Below are positions 50,577-60,772 of a stretch of DNA of 64,000 nt, in pieces. The stretch lies in the NCBI GenBank assembly GCA_963727505.1, contig CAVSGP010000004.1, positions 224,001 through 288,000 of the forward strand, read 5' to 3'. The translations under genes and the position numbers were made by a program. A model generated the notes under the pieces. The model saw only the letters and a program-made list of their open reading frames with translations. It was not told the origin of the DNA and searched no databases. Numbering within the stretch: position 1 is the stretch's first letter; every line of letters begins with the position of its first letter. This DNA comes from an uncultured Trueperaceae bacterium (lineage in GTDB: Bacteria > Deinococcota > Deinococci > Deinococcales > Trueperaceae).

Positions 50577-51731
50577 CTAGCGGCGCTCCAGGTCGCGGTA
50601 GATCTGGCGGTGGATCACCATGCGTTGGATCTCGCTGGTGCCCTCGTAGATCTCCGTGACCCGTGCGTCCCTGAAGTAGCGCTCCACCGGGTAGTCCTGT
50701 GTGTAGCCGTACCCTCCGAACACCTGGATGGCATCGTGGGTGATCCGTCCCGCGGCGCTCGAGGCGAAGAGCTTGGCCTGCGCCGCCTCCCGCGTCACGC
50801 GGTAACCACGGTCCTTCAGCCAGGCGGCGCGCAGCGTCAGCATGCGGGCCGCCTCCAGCTCGGTGTCCATGTCGGCCAACGAGAAGCCGATCGCCTGGTA
50901 GTGGTGGATCGCCTTCCCGAACGCGGTGCGCTCGGCGGCGTAGTCCCGTGCCGCCTCGAAGGCCGCACGCGCCACGCCCGTGGCCAGGGCCGCGATGCCG
51001 ATGCGGCCGCCGTCGAGCGACGCCATGGCGATGACGAAACCCTGCCCCTCGGGACCGAGGAGCGCGTCGTCGGCCACGAAGCAGTCGTCGAAGGTCACGG
51101 TGGTGGTGATGGCGGCGTGCTGGCCGAGTTTCCGCTCGGGCCGGCCGAAGCTCATCCCCTCCGCGCCCTTCTCGACGAGGAAACAGCTCACGCCGCGCGC
51201 GCCGGCGTGGGAATCGGTCTTGGCCATCACCAGGTAGAGCTGGGCCTCGCCGCCGCTGGTGATCCAGGCCTTCGTGCCGTTGAGCACGTAGCCCCCGTCG
51301 GCGCGCCGGGCGCGCGTGGTCATGGCCACAGCGTCGGAGCCGGCGTGCGGCTCCGAGAGGCAGAAGGCGCCGATCCAGGCACCGCTCGCCAGTTTCGGGA
51401 GGTAGCGCTCCTTCTGATCGTCCGAGCCATAGCGCAACAGCATGCTCTGCGGCAGTCCGTTGGTGACGCTCATGATGGTGGCGTGGCTGGCGTCGGCGGC
51501 GGCGATCTCCTCGAGCAACACGACGTAACTGAGCGTGTCGAGGCCGGCGCCGCCGTAACGCTCCGGGGTGGTGACGCCGAGCAGGCCCAGCTCCCCCATC
51601 TTGCGCAACGTCTCCCAGGGGAAGCGCGGCTCACGGTCCAGCTCGGCAGCCAGCGGCGCCAGCTCCGTGCGGGCGAAGTGCCGCACGTGCGTCTGCATCG
51701 CCAGGAGCTCTTCGGAGAGGGAGAAGTCCAT
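50577..51731 (-). CDS. Acyl-CoA dehydrogenase
   Basis: 'FCLSEP.AGSD', 'KLG', 'GGYGY', 'IYEGTSEIQR'. Confidence 0.93.
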   Translation of the reverse strand: MDFSLSEELLAMQTHVRHFARTELAPLAAELDREPRFPWETLRKMGELGLLGVTTPERYGGAGLDTLSYVVLLEEIAAADASHATIMSVTNGLPQSMLLRYGSDDQKERYLPKLASGAWIGAFCLSEPHAGSDAVAMTTRARRADGGYVLNGTKAWITSGGEAQLYLVMAKTDSHAGARGVSCFLVEKGAEGMSFGRPERKLGQHAAITTTVTFDDCFVADDALLGPEGQGFVIAMASLDGGRIGIAALATGVARAAFEAARDYAAERTAFGKAIHHYQAIGFSLADMDTELEAARMLTLRAAWLKDRGYRVTREAAQAKLFASSAAGRITHDAIQVFGGYGYTQDYPVERYFRDARVTEIYEGTSEIQRMVIHRQIYRDLERR

Positions 51732-51836
51732 GGTCACCGGCGCGCTCGCGAGAAGGGCGCACCGCCGAGTATACCGAGCGCTCGCGGATGCGCCGCGAGC
51801 GGCCCTCGGCCCGCGTACAACCGCTAGACTGGCGCC

Positions 51837-52160
51837 ATGACAGCGAAGGAGCTGCTCCACCGCATCCCCCAGAGCTTCGACGCCCGCGATATGGATGAGA
51901 AGGCCGTCATCCAGTACGCCATCTCCGAGCCCGTGTACCACGTGCTCGAGGACGGCAAGTTGACGGCGCACGACGGCGAAGCCGATGCTCCCGACGTCAC
52001 CATCCGCGTCAGCGACGAGAACCTCATCCGGCTGATGAAGGGGGAGCTCAACCCCATGTCGGCGTTCATGACCGGCAAGCTGAAGGTCGACGGCAACGTC
52101 ATGCTGGCGCAGCGCCTGGTCTCGCACGTCGACCGCTCGAGCCTGGCCGACCTCTCCTGA
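51837..52160 (+). CDS. SCP2 sterol/lipid-binding domain protein
   Basis: 'PDVTI...LMKGELNPMSAFMTGKLKVDGN'. Confidence 0.9.
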   Translation: MTAKELLHRIPQSFDARDMDEKAVIQYAISEPVYHVLEDGKLTAHDGEADAPDVTIRVSDENLIRLMKGELNPMSAFMTGKLKVDGNVMLAQRLVSHVDRSSLADLS

Positions 52161-52673
52161 TCAGCCCGCCTCGCCCTCCTCCACGCCGAGGAAGACACCG
52201 CCCTCGCCGTAGAAGGCCGCCCGGTAGCCCCGGTAGCGGCCCTCTTCGTAGCGCAAGCGCGCGGAGAAGAAAGCAGACCGGTCCAGCCACGGCAGGAACA
52301 CGCGATCGCCCGGCCACAACATCAGGTCGAGCAAGGCCTCGTCCGGCACCCAGTGCAACGTGCCCTCGGGCGAGCGCGCCACCAGCTCGCCCGAGAATCG
52401 CGGCACGACGTAGACGAAGGCGTACCAGTCGTCCTTGCCGTCGAACGCCGGGAACGTCAGGAAGCCCTTGAGGTGCGCTTCCTCGACGAGCAGACCCGAT
52501 TCCTCGAGGACCTCGCGCCGAACGCACGCCTCCGGCGACTCCCCGGGCTCGAACTTCCCGCCCAGGCCGTTGTAGCGGCCGCGATGGTAGTCGTCCGCCC
52601 GGCCGCTGCGGTGGAGCATCAGGGTGTGGCCGTCGTGGCGCAGGTAGGCCAGCGTAGCGAGCTTCAGGCCCAT
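52161..52673 (-). CDS. NUDIX hydrolase (8-oxo-dGTPase/MTH1-like)
   Basis: 'NGLGGKFEPGESPE.C.RREV.EESG', 'LWPGD'. Confidence 0.85.
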   Translation of the reverse strand: MGLKLATLAYLRHDGHTLMLHRSGRADDYHRGRYNGLGGKFEPGESPEACVRREVLEESGLLVEEAHLKGFLTFPAFDGKDDWYAFVYVVPRFSGELVARSPEGTLHWVPDEALLDLMLWPGDRVFLPWLDRSAFFSARLRYEEGRYRGYRAAFYGEGGVFLGVEEGEAG

Positions 52674-52721
52674 GGCGCCACGCCCACGGTGTCGCGACCA
52701 GGTTCAGCTACTCCCACTCGG

Positions 52722-53024
52722 TTACTCCCACCCCGTGTCCTCGACCCCTTCGCGTGCCAGTGTCGCCGCCAGCAGGTCGCGCAGGCGGGCGTCGTCGACC
52801 AGTCCGTCGCCACGCTCGACCCGCAAGCGCAGCCGGCCGGACGCGGCGATGCCGCGCCGGGCCAGGTGGGTGCCGGCGAAACGCACTGCTTCCTCGGGCG
52901 AGCTCGTCGGGGCTTGCAGGGTCTCGCGCTCCCGATCGCCGGCGGGAGACTCCAACACCATCAACAGCTCGATGCGGCCGCCACGTCGCCGCACGAAGAG
53001 CTGCTCCACGCGGTCGACGCGCAC
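52722..53024 (-). CDS. Hypothetical protein (100 aa)
   Basis: Fills the gap between ask and the NUDIX gene on the same strand, with a GGAG SD right after the ask stop. Confidence 0.6.
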   Translation of the reverse strand: MRVDRVEQLFVRRRGGRIELLMVLESPAGDRERETLQAPTSSPEEAVRFAGTHLARRGIAASGRLRLRVERGDGLVDDARLRDLLAATLAREGVEDTGWE

Positions 53025-53034
53025 CGCTGCGCTC

Positions 53035-53532
53035 CTAACCCGCCTGCTCGGGCGCGTCCAACCCGAAGGCTGCGTGGACGGCGCGCAGCGCCTCCTTGGC
53101 GCGTTGCGCCGGGATCACGACGCTGATGCGGACCTCGCTGGTGGTGATCATCTCGATGTTGGCCCCGGCCGTGGCAACGGCGTCGAACATCCGGCCGGCC
53201 ACGCCGGGCGTGGAACCCACCGCGATGCCCACGATGGAGAGCTTCGCGACGTCCGGGTCGGCCGTGGCGCTGGCCCCGAACCCCTCGAGCACCGGCTGGA
53301 TCGCGTCGAGCGCCTCCTGCATGACGTCCTGCGGCACCGTGAAGGCCATCTGCTGACGGCTCTCCGAGACGGCGCGCACCCCCTGGACGATCATGTCGGG
53401 GCTGACCCCGGCGCGGCCCAGCGCCGCGAACAGGCGCGCGGCGATGCCCGGCTCGTCGGGAACACCGTGCACGTCGATGCGGGCATGGTTGAGGTCGAGG
53501 GCTACACCGGTGACCGGTTTCTCCGTGATCAT
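53035..53532 (-). CDS. Aspartate kinase beta subunit (in-frame internal start)
   Basis: Internal GAGGAGG 5 nt before ATG 53532 (MITEKPVTG), exactly at the start of the ACT domains. Confidence 0.7.
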   Translation of the reverse strand: MITEKPVTGVALDLNHARIDVHGVPDEPGIAARLFAALGRAGVSPDMIVQGVRAVSESRQQMAFTVPQDVMQEALDAIQPVLEGFGASATADPDVAKLSIVGIAVGSTPGVAGRMFDAVATAGANIEMITTSEVRISVVIPAQRAKEALRAVHAAFGLDAPEQAG

Positions 53533-54318
53533 GCGGGCCTCCTCGGGACGCTCGATCCGGGCGACGAGGGTCCCCGGGTTGTAGCTGAACGAGCTGCGCA
53601 CGTGGATGCGCACGCCGTACCGCCGGGCGTACCAGACGCTGCGCGGGTGGAGCACCCCGGCGCCCAGCGCCGCGAGCTCGAGCATCTCGTCGTAGTCGAC
53701 GCTCTCGAGCTTCCGCGCCGTCGGGATGAGGTGCGGGTCGGTGGTGTACACCCCCTCGGTGTCGGTGTAGATCTCGCACTCCCGAGCGCCCAGCGCGGCC
53801 GCCAGCGCCACCGCCGTGGTGTCGGAGCCACCGCGCCCCAGGGTGGTGATGGCGCCGTCCGAGTCCACGCCCTGGAAGCCCGCCACCACCGCGACCTCTC
53901 CCGCGTCGAGCGCGGCTCGCACGCGCCGCGTGTCGACCTCCAGGATGCGGGCGCTGCCGTGCTGCGCGTCGGTCAGGAACCCCGCCTGCGCCCCCGTGAA
54001 GGAGCGCGCCTTCACCCCCAGCGACTGCAGCGCCATGGCGAGGAGCGCGATCGACTGCTGCTCGCCCGTCGTCAGCAGCACGTCGAGCTCGCGCCGCGAC
54101 GGGCGGGGCGCCAGCTCGCGCGCCATCCCCACCAGCCGGTCCGTGCTGTGGCCCATCGCGGACACGGTGACGGCGACCTGACGGCCGCCCGCCACGGTCG
54201 CAGCGATGCGCGCCGCCACCTTGCGGATGCGTTCGACGTCGCCGACGCTGGTGCCGCCGTACTTCTGCACCAGGGGCGTCTCCGGGGGGGCAGCGCTCGC
54301 CGCGCTCCTCGAACTCAT
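53035..54318 (-). CDS. ask: Aspartate kinase (alpha subunit)
   Basis: 'VQKYGGTSV', 'VSAMG', 'TTLGRGGSD', two ACT domains, 'TSE'. Confidence 0.95.
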   Translation of the reverse strand: MSSRSAASAAPPETPLVQKYGGTSVGDVERIRKVAARIAATVAGGRQVAVTVSAMGHSTDRLVGMARELAPRPSRRELDVLLTTGEQQSIALLAMALQSLGVKARSFTGAQAGFLTDAQHGSARILEVDTRRVRAALDAGEVAVVAGFQGVDSDGAITTLGRGGSDTTAVALAAALGARECEIYTDTEGVYTTDPHLIPTARKLESVDYDEMLELAALGAGVLHPRSVWYARRYGVRIHVRSSFSYNPGTLVARIERPEEARMITEKPVTGVALDLNHARIDVHGVPDEPGIAARLFAALGRAGVSPDMIVQGVRAVSESRQQMAFTVPQDVMQEALDAIQPVLEGFGASATADPDVAKLSIVGIAVGSTPGVAGRMFDAVATAGANIEMITTSEVRISVVIPAQRAKEALRAVHAAFGLDAPEQAG

Positions 54319-54457
54319 GGCCTGCCACGATACCCGCCGCTCCCTCGCAGACGCAAATCCGGGTCGCGGGCGAGCCCTCACGCGCCCGAGGACATTCAAC
54401 CTTAGGTGGGACATTTCGCCTTTTTGTGCCCCCGAAGCCCCGTGGTACAAGGAACGC

Positions 54458-55837
54458 ATGAGTTCTGTGCAGCCTTCTCCCCTGCGCGTCGCCGTCATCG
54501 GCGCCGGGCCGTCGGGCTTCTATGCCACGGACGCGTTGCTCAAGCAGCGTGAGGACGTCTCGGTCGACCTGATCGACCGCCTGCCGACCCCCTACGGCCT
54601 GGTGCGTTACGGTGTTGCGCCCGACCACCAGAAGATCAAATCGGTGACCAAGCTCTACGAGCGCACCTGCAGCGATCCCCGGGTCCGTTTCCTGGGCAAC
54701 GTCGACTTCGGTCGCGACCTCACGCACGAGGACGTGACACGCCACTACCACGCCGTGATCTACGCCGTGGGCGCACCGTCGGACCGCAACCTCGGCATCC
54801 CCGGCGAGGACAAGTCGGCCTGCCTGTCGGCCACCGAGTTCGTTGCCTGGTACAACGGTCACCCCGACTACGTCGGCCTCGAGGTCCCGTTGGACGCCCA
54901 GAGCGTGGCCGTCGTCGGGATGGGCAACGTCGCCGTCGACGTGGCACGGGTGCTGGCGAAGTCGGTGGACGAGCTGGCACAGACCGACATGGCGGACTAT
55001 GCCGTCGATCACCTCCGCACCAGCCACGTGACCGACGTGTACATGCTCGGGCGCCGCGGCCCCGCGGAGGCGAAGTTCACCACCAAGGAGCTGCGCGAGC
55101 TCGGCGAGCTCGCCAACGCCGACATCGTGGTCCTCCCCGAGGAGCTCGAGGTGTCCGAGGCGAGCATGAAGGGCATCGAAGACGACGCCACCAAGCTCAA
55201 GAACCTCGAGGTGCTGCGGGAGATGGCGGCCAAGCCTCTGGAAGGCAAGCCCAGGAGGCTCCACATCCGCTTCTGCGTCTCCCCCGTCGAGGTGCTCGGC
55301 GACGAGCGCATCGCGGGCGTCAGGCTCGAACGCAACCGCCTGGAGCCCACCGAGTCCGGTTACATGCGTTCGGTCGGAACCGGCGAGTACGAGACCCTGG
55401 ACGCGCAGCTTCTGCTGCGGTCGGTCGGCTACCAGGGCACGGCGTTGCCGGGCATCCCCTTCGACGCCCGGAAGCACGTCATCCCGAACGACCAGGGCCG
55501 CGTGCTCGAGAGCCCCGACGGCGCGCCGCTGGCCGGCGAGTACGTGGCCGGCTGGATCAAGCGCGGCCCCACCGGCGTGATCGGCACCAACAAGGCCGAC
55601 GCCATGGAGACGGTCGCGTCGCTGCTGGGCGACGAGCTGCCGTCGATCGATGCAGCGAAGGCCTCACCGGCCGCGGTCGACCGGTTGCTGCAGGAGCGCG
55701 GCGTGCACCCGTTCGACTTCGAGCGCTGGCTGGCGCTGGACAAGTACGAGCAGGAAGCGGGCAAGGCCGCGGGCCGCCCGCGCGTCAAGGTGACCGCCCT
55801 CGAGGAGATGCTTCGCCTGGCGAAGCCCGAGGTCTGA
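54458..55837 (+). CDS. NADPH:ferredoxin reductase (FprA/adrenodoxin reductase-like)
   Basis: 'GAGPSG', 'GLVRYGVAPDH', 'WYNGHP', 'GNVAVD', 'GWIKRGPTGVIG'. Confidence 0.9.
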   Translation: MSSVQPSPLRVAVIGAGPSGFYATDALLKQREDVSVDLIDRLPTPYGLVRYGVAPDHQKIKSVTKLYERTCSDPRVRFLGNVDFGRDLTHEDVTRHYHAVIYAVGAPSDRNLGIPGEDKSACLSATEFVAWYNGHPDYVGLEVPLDAQSVAVVGMGNVAVDVARVLAKSVDELAQTDMADYAVDHLRTSHVTDVYMLGRRGPAEAKFTTKELRELGELANADIVVLPEELEVSEASMKGIEDDATKLKNLEVLREMAAKPLEGKPRRLHIRFCVSPVEVLGDERIAGVRLERNRLEPTESGYMRSVGTGEYETLDAQLLLRSVGYQGTALPGIPFDARKHVIPNDQGRVLESPDGAPLAGEYVAGWIKRGPTGVIGTNKADAMETVASLLGDELPSIDAAKASPAAVDRLLQERGVHPFDFERWLALDKYEQEAGKAAGRPRVKVTALEEMLRLAKPEV

Positions 55838-55868
55838 CCGCCCCGACGACAGCCGAGGAACCGAAGAT

Positions 55869-55904
55869 GCGCTGGCGACGGTCTCTGCGGACCGTCGCCA
55901 GCGC
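55869..55904. terminator. Bidirectional hairpin between convergent genes
   Basis: GCGCTGGCGACGGTC-TCTGCG-GACCGTCGCCAGCGC, a 15-bp perfect stem. Confidence 0.65.
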
Positions 55905-55910
55905 CGTGCT

Positions 55911-56876
55911 CTAGTCTCCGCCGCTCCCGCCGAGCTGCGCCTCCCGGGAGACGACCGCTTCCTCACCAATGATGCCCCGCGGGCGCGCCATCAGGATTCC
56001 GAGCAGCACCAGGCCGATCAGGATCACCTGCAGGGCTCCGCCCTTGACCTGGAGCCCGGACGGCAGCACCGCCTGGGCGACCGAACCGGTGCCGGTCCAG
56101 AACCCCCAGATGAGGACCGTCCCGAGGATGGCGCCGCGGTTGTTGCCGCTGCCACCGGCGATCAGCATGGCCCAGATCTCGAACGTAAGGATCGGCAGGA
56201 AGTCGGTGGGCGCGACGAAGCCCACGAAGCTGGCGTTCAGCGCTCCGCCCAGCCCCATGATGACGCAGCCGATGACGAAGGACTGCAGCCGGAAGCGCAA
56301 GGGATCCTTACCGAGCGAGGAGGCAGCCGATTCGTCCTCGCGGATCGCCTTCAGCACGCGCCCCCACGGCGACCGGACCATCGCCTCGAGGGCGAAGTAG
56401 ACAACCACGACCACGGCGATCACCAGCAGCAGGAAGACGACGTTGTTGGCGAAGTTGTTCTGGATCACGTCCTGGAAGGGCCTGGGGATGCTCTGGGCGC
56501 CCCGGCTCCCACCGGTCAGTCCCTTGGCGTTGAGCGCGATGAGTCGCAGCACCTCGGCGATCCCGATGGTGGCGATCGCCAGGTAGTCCTCTCGCAAGCG
56601 CAGCGTCGGTATGCCGACGACGATTGCAACCAGGCCTGCGGCCGCCATCGCGCCCAAGACGCCCACGACGATCGGAAGGCCGAACCCGCCTAGGTGGGTG
56701 GCGTAAGGCGGACCGCTCAGGATGGCGAAGGTGTAGGACCCGACCAGGAAGAACCCTGCCACACCGATGTTGAACAGGCCGGTATAACCCCACTGGAGGT
56801 TGAGACCCAACGCCACGATGGAGTACACCATCGCCTGGATCAAGAAGAAGACGACGTAGGACAGGATGCCGATCAC
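55911..56876 (-). CDS. Branched-chain amino acid ABC permease (LivM-like)
   Basis: 'LGLNLQWGYTG', 'LRLREDYLAIAT', 'AIREDE', 'RPRG'. Confidence 0.9.
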   Translation of the reverse strand: MIGILSYVVFFLIQAMVYSIVALGLNLQWGYTGLFNIGVAGFFLVGSYTFAILSGPPYATHLGGFGLPIVVGVLGAMAAAGLVAIVVGIPTLRLREDYLAIATIGIAEVLRLIALNAKGLTGGSRGAQSIPRPFQDVIQNNFANNVVFLLLVIAVVVVVYFALEAMVRSPWGRVLKAIREDESAASSLGKDPLRFRLQSFVIGCVIMGLGGALNASFVGFVAPTDFLPILTFEIWAMLIAGGSGNNRGAILGTVLIWGFWTGTGSVAQAVLPSGLQVKGGALQVILIGLVLLGILMARPRGIIGEEAVVSREAQLGGSGGD

Positions 56877-57763
56877 GAGCGTTCCCCCAGGATCCCGCTC
56901 GGTAGGACCAGCAGGATCAGGAACATCAGCGCGAACGCCACCGCGGGCTTGTACCCCGGGTCGATCCATATGACCGACACCGACTCCGCCAGACCGATCA
57001 CGAGTCCGCCCAGGACCGCGCCGTACACGCTGCCGACGCCGCCGAGGATGGCCGCGGCGAACATCGGGAGGATCAGGGTGAAGCCCATGGTGGGGATCAT
57101 CTGCACGGTCAGCCCGTAGAAGACGCCGCCGACCGCCGCCAGCGAGCCCCCGACCACCCACACCATGCGGATGACGTTGGTCACGTTGACACCCGTGACC
57201 TGCGCCAGCAGGGCGTTATCGGAAACGGCGCGCATCGCCTTCCCAAGGCGGGTGCGCGTCAGGAACAGGTGCAGCGCCACCATGAGCACCGCCGCGAGCA
57301 CCACCACGAAGATCTCGTCGCTGGTGACCCGCACGCCGGGCAGGATGGGCCGCGCGATGGCGATGGCGCGGGAGTAGTACTCGGGCTGCGGGCCCCAGAT
57401 GAACACGACTACGTTGCGCAGCATCAGCGAAGCGCCGAACGAGGCGATCACCAGAGCCACGGCTACGTCGCTCTTCCGGAGCACGCGGTAGACGATGAAA
57501 TCGATGAGGACCGCAAGGCCGGCCGTGAGCGCCGCCGCCAGCACGATGACCAGGATGAACCCCCAGCCGAAGGTCAGGTTGCCCAGGTTGGGCCCGAACG
57601 CGAGCGGTCCGGCGAGCGTCAGACCGAAGTATGCGCCGAACGTGAGCAGCTCCCCGTGGGCGAAGTTCGCGAACCGCAGGATGTTGAACGTGAGCGTCAG
57701 GCCGATGGCACCGAGCGCGAGCGTCGCACCCAGGATGATGCCGTCGGCGATGTACTGACCCAC
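56873..57763 (-). CDS. Branched-chain amino acid ABC permease (LivH-like)
   Basis: 'NFAHG', 'TRLGKAMRA', 'ILGGVGS'. Confidence 0.9.
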   Translation of the reverse strand: MGQYIADGIILGATLALGAIGLTLTFNILRFANFAHGELLTFGAYFGLTLAGPLAFGPNLGNLTFGWGFILVIVLAAALTAGLAVLIDFIVYRVLRKSDVAVALVIASFGASLMLRNVVVFIWGPQPEYYSRAIAIARPILPGVRVTSDEIFVVVLAAVLMVALHLFLTRTRLGKAMRAVSDNALLAQVTGVNVTNVIRMVWVVGGSLAAVGGVFYGLTVQMIPTMGFTLILPMFAAAILGGVGSVYGAVLGGLVIGLAESVSVIWIDPGYKPAVAFALMFLILLVLPSGILGERS

Positions 57764-58491
57764 TAGGCCAACCCCTTTCGCGCCCCGAGGTAGAGCTCAC
57801 CGACCTCGGGGTTCTCCAGCAGTTCCTGGGCGGGCCCGGAGACCTGATCCTGCCCCTCCGCGAGCACGTAGCCGCGGTCGGAGATGGCCAGGGCCGCCTT
57901 GGCATTCTGCTCCACGATGAGGATCGTCACCCCGATCTCTCTCACCTCGCGGATCTTGTCGAAGACGTGTCCGACCAGCAGCGGGGACAGGCCCGCCGAA
58001 GGCTCGTCGAGGAGCATCAGGCGAGGCTGGAGCATCAAAGCCCTGCCGATCGCCACCATCTGCCGTTGCCCGCCCGACAGCCGGCCAGCTGCCTGCCGGC
58101 GCAACCGATGCAGGTCGGGGAAGGTCGCATACACCTGCTCGAGGCCGCGCCGGATCTCGCGGGTCCGCACGTACGCCCCCAGCTCGAGGTTCTCCTCGAC
58201 CGTCATCTTGGGGAACACGTTGTTCGTCTGCGGCACGTATCCGACCCCGTGCGCCACCATCTTGTGGGCGGGCAGGTTGGAGATATCGTCGCCGAAGAGC
58301 TTCAACGCTCCCGAGCGCACGCGCAACAGCCCGGCGACGACCTTGATCAGGGTCGACTTGCCGGCACCGTTGGGCCCCAGCACCGTGACGATCTCGCCGT
58401 GCTGCACCTCCAACCCGACACCGCGCAGGATGTCCACGCCGGCAACGTATCCGGCCACGACCTCCTCGACGGACAAGGCCAGTTCGCTCAT
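57763..58491 (-). CDS. ABC ATP-binding protein (LivF-like)
   Basis: 'GPNGAGKS', 'LSGGQRQ', 'LLDEPS', 'VEQN'. Confidence 0.92.
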   Translation of the reverse strand: MSELALSVEEVVAGYVAGVDILRGVGLEVQHGEIVTVLGPNGAGKSTLIKVVAGLLRVRSGALKLFGDDISNLPAHKMVAHGVGYVPQTNNVFPKMTVEENLELGAYVRTREIRRGLEQVYATFPDLHRLRRQAAGRLSGGQRQMVAIGRALMLQPRLMLLDEPSAGLSPLLVGHVFDKIREVREIGVTILIVEQNAKAALAISDRGYVLAEGQDQVSGPAQELLENPEVGELYLGARKGLA

Positions 58492-59261
58492 GCGGGCGCC
58501 CCTCCCAGATACGCCTCGAGTACCCGCGCGTCGGTACGGACCTCGTCGGGAGAGCCCACCATGAGCAGGCTTCCCTGCGCCATGACCAGCACCGGGTCGC
58601 ACAGCGCGGCGATCAGGTCCATGTTGTGCTCGATGATCAGGAACGTGATACCGGTCTCATGGATCTCCTGCAGCTTGTCCATGATGGTGCCCAGCAAGGT
58701 GGGGTTGACGCCGGCGCCGGGCTCGTCGAGAAGGATCAACTTGGGATCGGCCATCAACGCTCGGGCGATCTCCAGCAGCTTCTGCTGACCCCCCGAGAGG
58801 TTCTTGGCATACTCGCCGGCGAGACGCTCGAGCCCGAGGAACGCCAGCATCTCGCGCGCGCGGTCGCGTGAGCTGCGCTCCTGCGTGCGCACGGCGCCGC
58901 GCTGCACCCAGTTGTTCCAGAAGCGCTCGCCCGCCTGATCCATCGGCACCAGCATCACGTTCTCAAGCACCGTCATCTCGGCGAACGGCCGTGGGATCTG
59001 GAAGGTCCGCACCAGGCCCGTTCGGAAGATGGCGTGCGGCGGTCGGCCGTCGATCCGGTGACCGACGAAGGAGATGGTCCCGGAGCTGGGACGCATCGCA
59101 CCGGCCAGCATGTTGAACATGGTGGTCTTGCCGGCCCCGTTGGGACCGATGAGACCGGTGATGGTTCCCTCCGCGACCCGGAACGTCACCCGGTTCACGG
59201 CGCGTAGCCCGCCGAAGTCCTTGACTAGGTTCGTTACCTCTAGCATCCCGTTCCCTGTCAT
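58488..59261 (-). CDS. ABC ATP-binding protein (LivG-like)
   Basis: 'GPNGAGKT', 'RTFQ', 'LLDEP.AGVN', 'IEHNM'. Start at 59261 or 59246. Confidence 0.92.
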   Translation of the reverse strand: MTGNGMLEVTNLVKDFGGLRAVNRVTFRVAEGTITGLIGPNGAGKTTMFNMLAGAMRPSSGTISFVGHRIDGRPPHAIFRTGLVRTFQIPRPFAEMTVLENVMLVPMDQAGERFWNNWVQRGAVRTQERSSRDRAREMLAFLGLERLAGEYAKNLSGGQQKLLEIARALMADPKLILLDEPGAGVNPTLLGTIMDKLQEIHETGITFLIIEHNMDLIAALCDPVLVMAQGSLLMVGSPDEVRTDARVLEAYLGGAPA

Positions 59262-59509
59262 GTGAAGAGCCGCATTGGCGCGCATGGACCGATCCTGCGC
59301 CCCGACCGTCTGTATTCGCTCGGAAAGATATTAACAGATGGAGCGCCCCGCGAGCGCATGCCCTCCGAAAACCGGGAGCGCCCCTTCCGCCGCAGGACCC
59401 GCGTGGCCACCGCACCGACGGCCAGCATTGCCCTCGCCGGAGCGGGTGAAACCATGAAGAGGGGGCCGCCGGACGAACCGACGGCCCCCTCGCCCAGGGT
59501 CGCGAGGAC

Positions 59510-60772
59510 CTACTTCTTGAGCTCGGCCTGGACCTTCTGGATCTCGGCCACCGTGATCATTCCGTTGTTGGCCACCTTGCCATCACTGCCGACCGTCCAC
59601 TTGACGTACGGGCCGGCCACGTCGCCGTACTGGTCGAACTGCAGCGGGCCAGTTGCGCCGATGTACTGGATCGTCGTGCCCAGCTTCATGAGGCCGGTCG
59701 CCGCCTGCAACTCGCTGACCCCGGCGTAGACCTTCTGGCCGTTAGGGTCGGTCACCTTGCGCATGGCGTCGCGGATGGCCGCCGTGTCGGTGGTCGTCTT
59801 GGCGTAATCCATCGCCAGACCCACGATGATGGTGGCGTCGTACGCGTTGGTGATGAACGCCTGCGTTGGGAGGCTGCCGAACTTCGCCTTGTACTCCGTC
59901 TGGAAGGTCGTCAGGGACGGCGTGTCCGAGGTACCGGGCGCCGTGCCGTAGACCTTCTTGAAGTACTGGGCGCCCACGTCGTCGATGAAGGCCTGGCCCT
60001 CCAGGCCGTCAGGCAGCAGCCACGTCTGCGGGCCACCGGAGGCCACCCATTCGCGCGCGATGGTCGTGCCGTCACCCGGGTAGCCGATCAGGAACAGCGC
60101 TTCCGGACCGCCCGCGAGAGCCTTGGTGACCTCGGAACGGTAGGAGGGCTGATCCGGGTTGTACACGACGTCTTGCGTCACGGTGCCGCCCAGGCCCTCG
60201 AAGGCCTTGGAGAACTCGTCGTTCAGGCCCTGGCCGTAGGCGTTGTTGAGGTACAACACGGCGACCTTCCTGAGCCCGCCGGTGTACGCGTAGTCGGCCA
60301 TCGCGACGCCCTGGAGGGCGTCCGACGCAGCCGTGCGGAAGAAGAAGCCGCCGGTCTTGCCCTGCTTACCGAGATCGGTCAGCGTGGGCGAGGTGGAGGC
60401 GGGTGAGATCAGGATCACGTTGTTCGGTGCCGTGACCGAGGTGAGGATGGCGGTAGTGATGCCGCTCGACAGCGCCCCGACGATCGCGGGCACGTGCTGA
60501 ACGTCCACCAGCTTCTTGGCCGCGTCGACCCCGACGTTCGCCTGCGTCTGGTTGTCGGACAACGACAGCTTCACGGTGCAGCCGTTCACTCCCCCGGCTG
60601 CGTTCAGATCAGAGACGGCCAGTTGTGCGCCCTTCGCGATCTGTTGACCGAGGACCCCCAGGGATCCCGTCAGTGCCATGACACTTCCGATGGTTACCGT
60701 GCAGCTCTGCGCCATGGCCGAGCCGAACGCCAGAGCTGTGACAACCACGCCTACCTTGAGAACCTTCCTCAT
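59510..60772 (-). CDS. ABC substrate-binding protein (LivK-like)
   Basis: Signal peptide, 'GGVNG', 'SPASTSP', 'FFRTA.SD..QG', 'YDA'; AAAGGAG SD. Confidence 0.9.
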   Translation of the reverse strand: MRKVLKVGVVVTALAFGSAMAQSCTVTIGSVMALTGSLGVLGQQIAKGAQLAVSDLNAAGGVNGCTVKLSLSDNQTQANVGVDAAKKLVDVQHVPAIVGALSSGITTAILTSVTAPNNVILISPASTSPTLTDLGKQGKTGGFFFRTAASDALQGVAMADYAYTGGLRKVAVLYLNNAYGQGLNDEFSKAFEGLGGTVTQDVVYNPDQPSYRSEVTKALAGGPEALFLIGYPGDGTTIAREWVASGGPQTWLLPDGLEGQAFIDDVGAQYFKKVYGTAPGTSDTPSLTTFQTEYKAKFGSLPTQAFITNAYDATIIVGLAMDYAKTTTDTAAIRDAMRKVTDPNGQKVYAGVSELQAATGLMKLGTTIQYIGATGPLQFDQYGDVAGPYVKWTVGSDGKVANNGMITVAEIQKVQAELKK

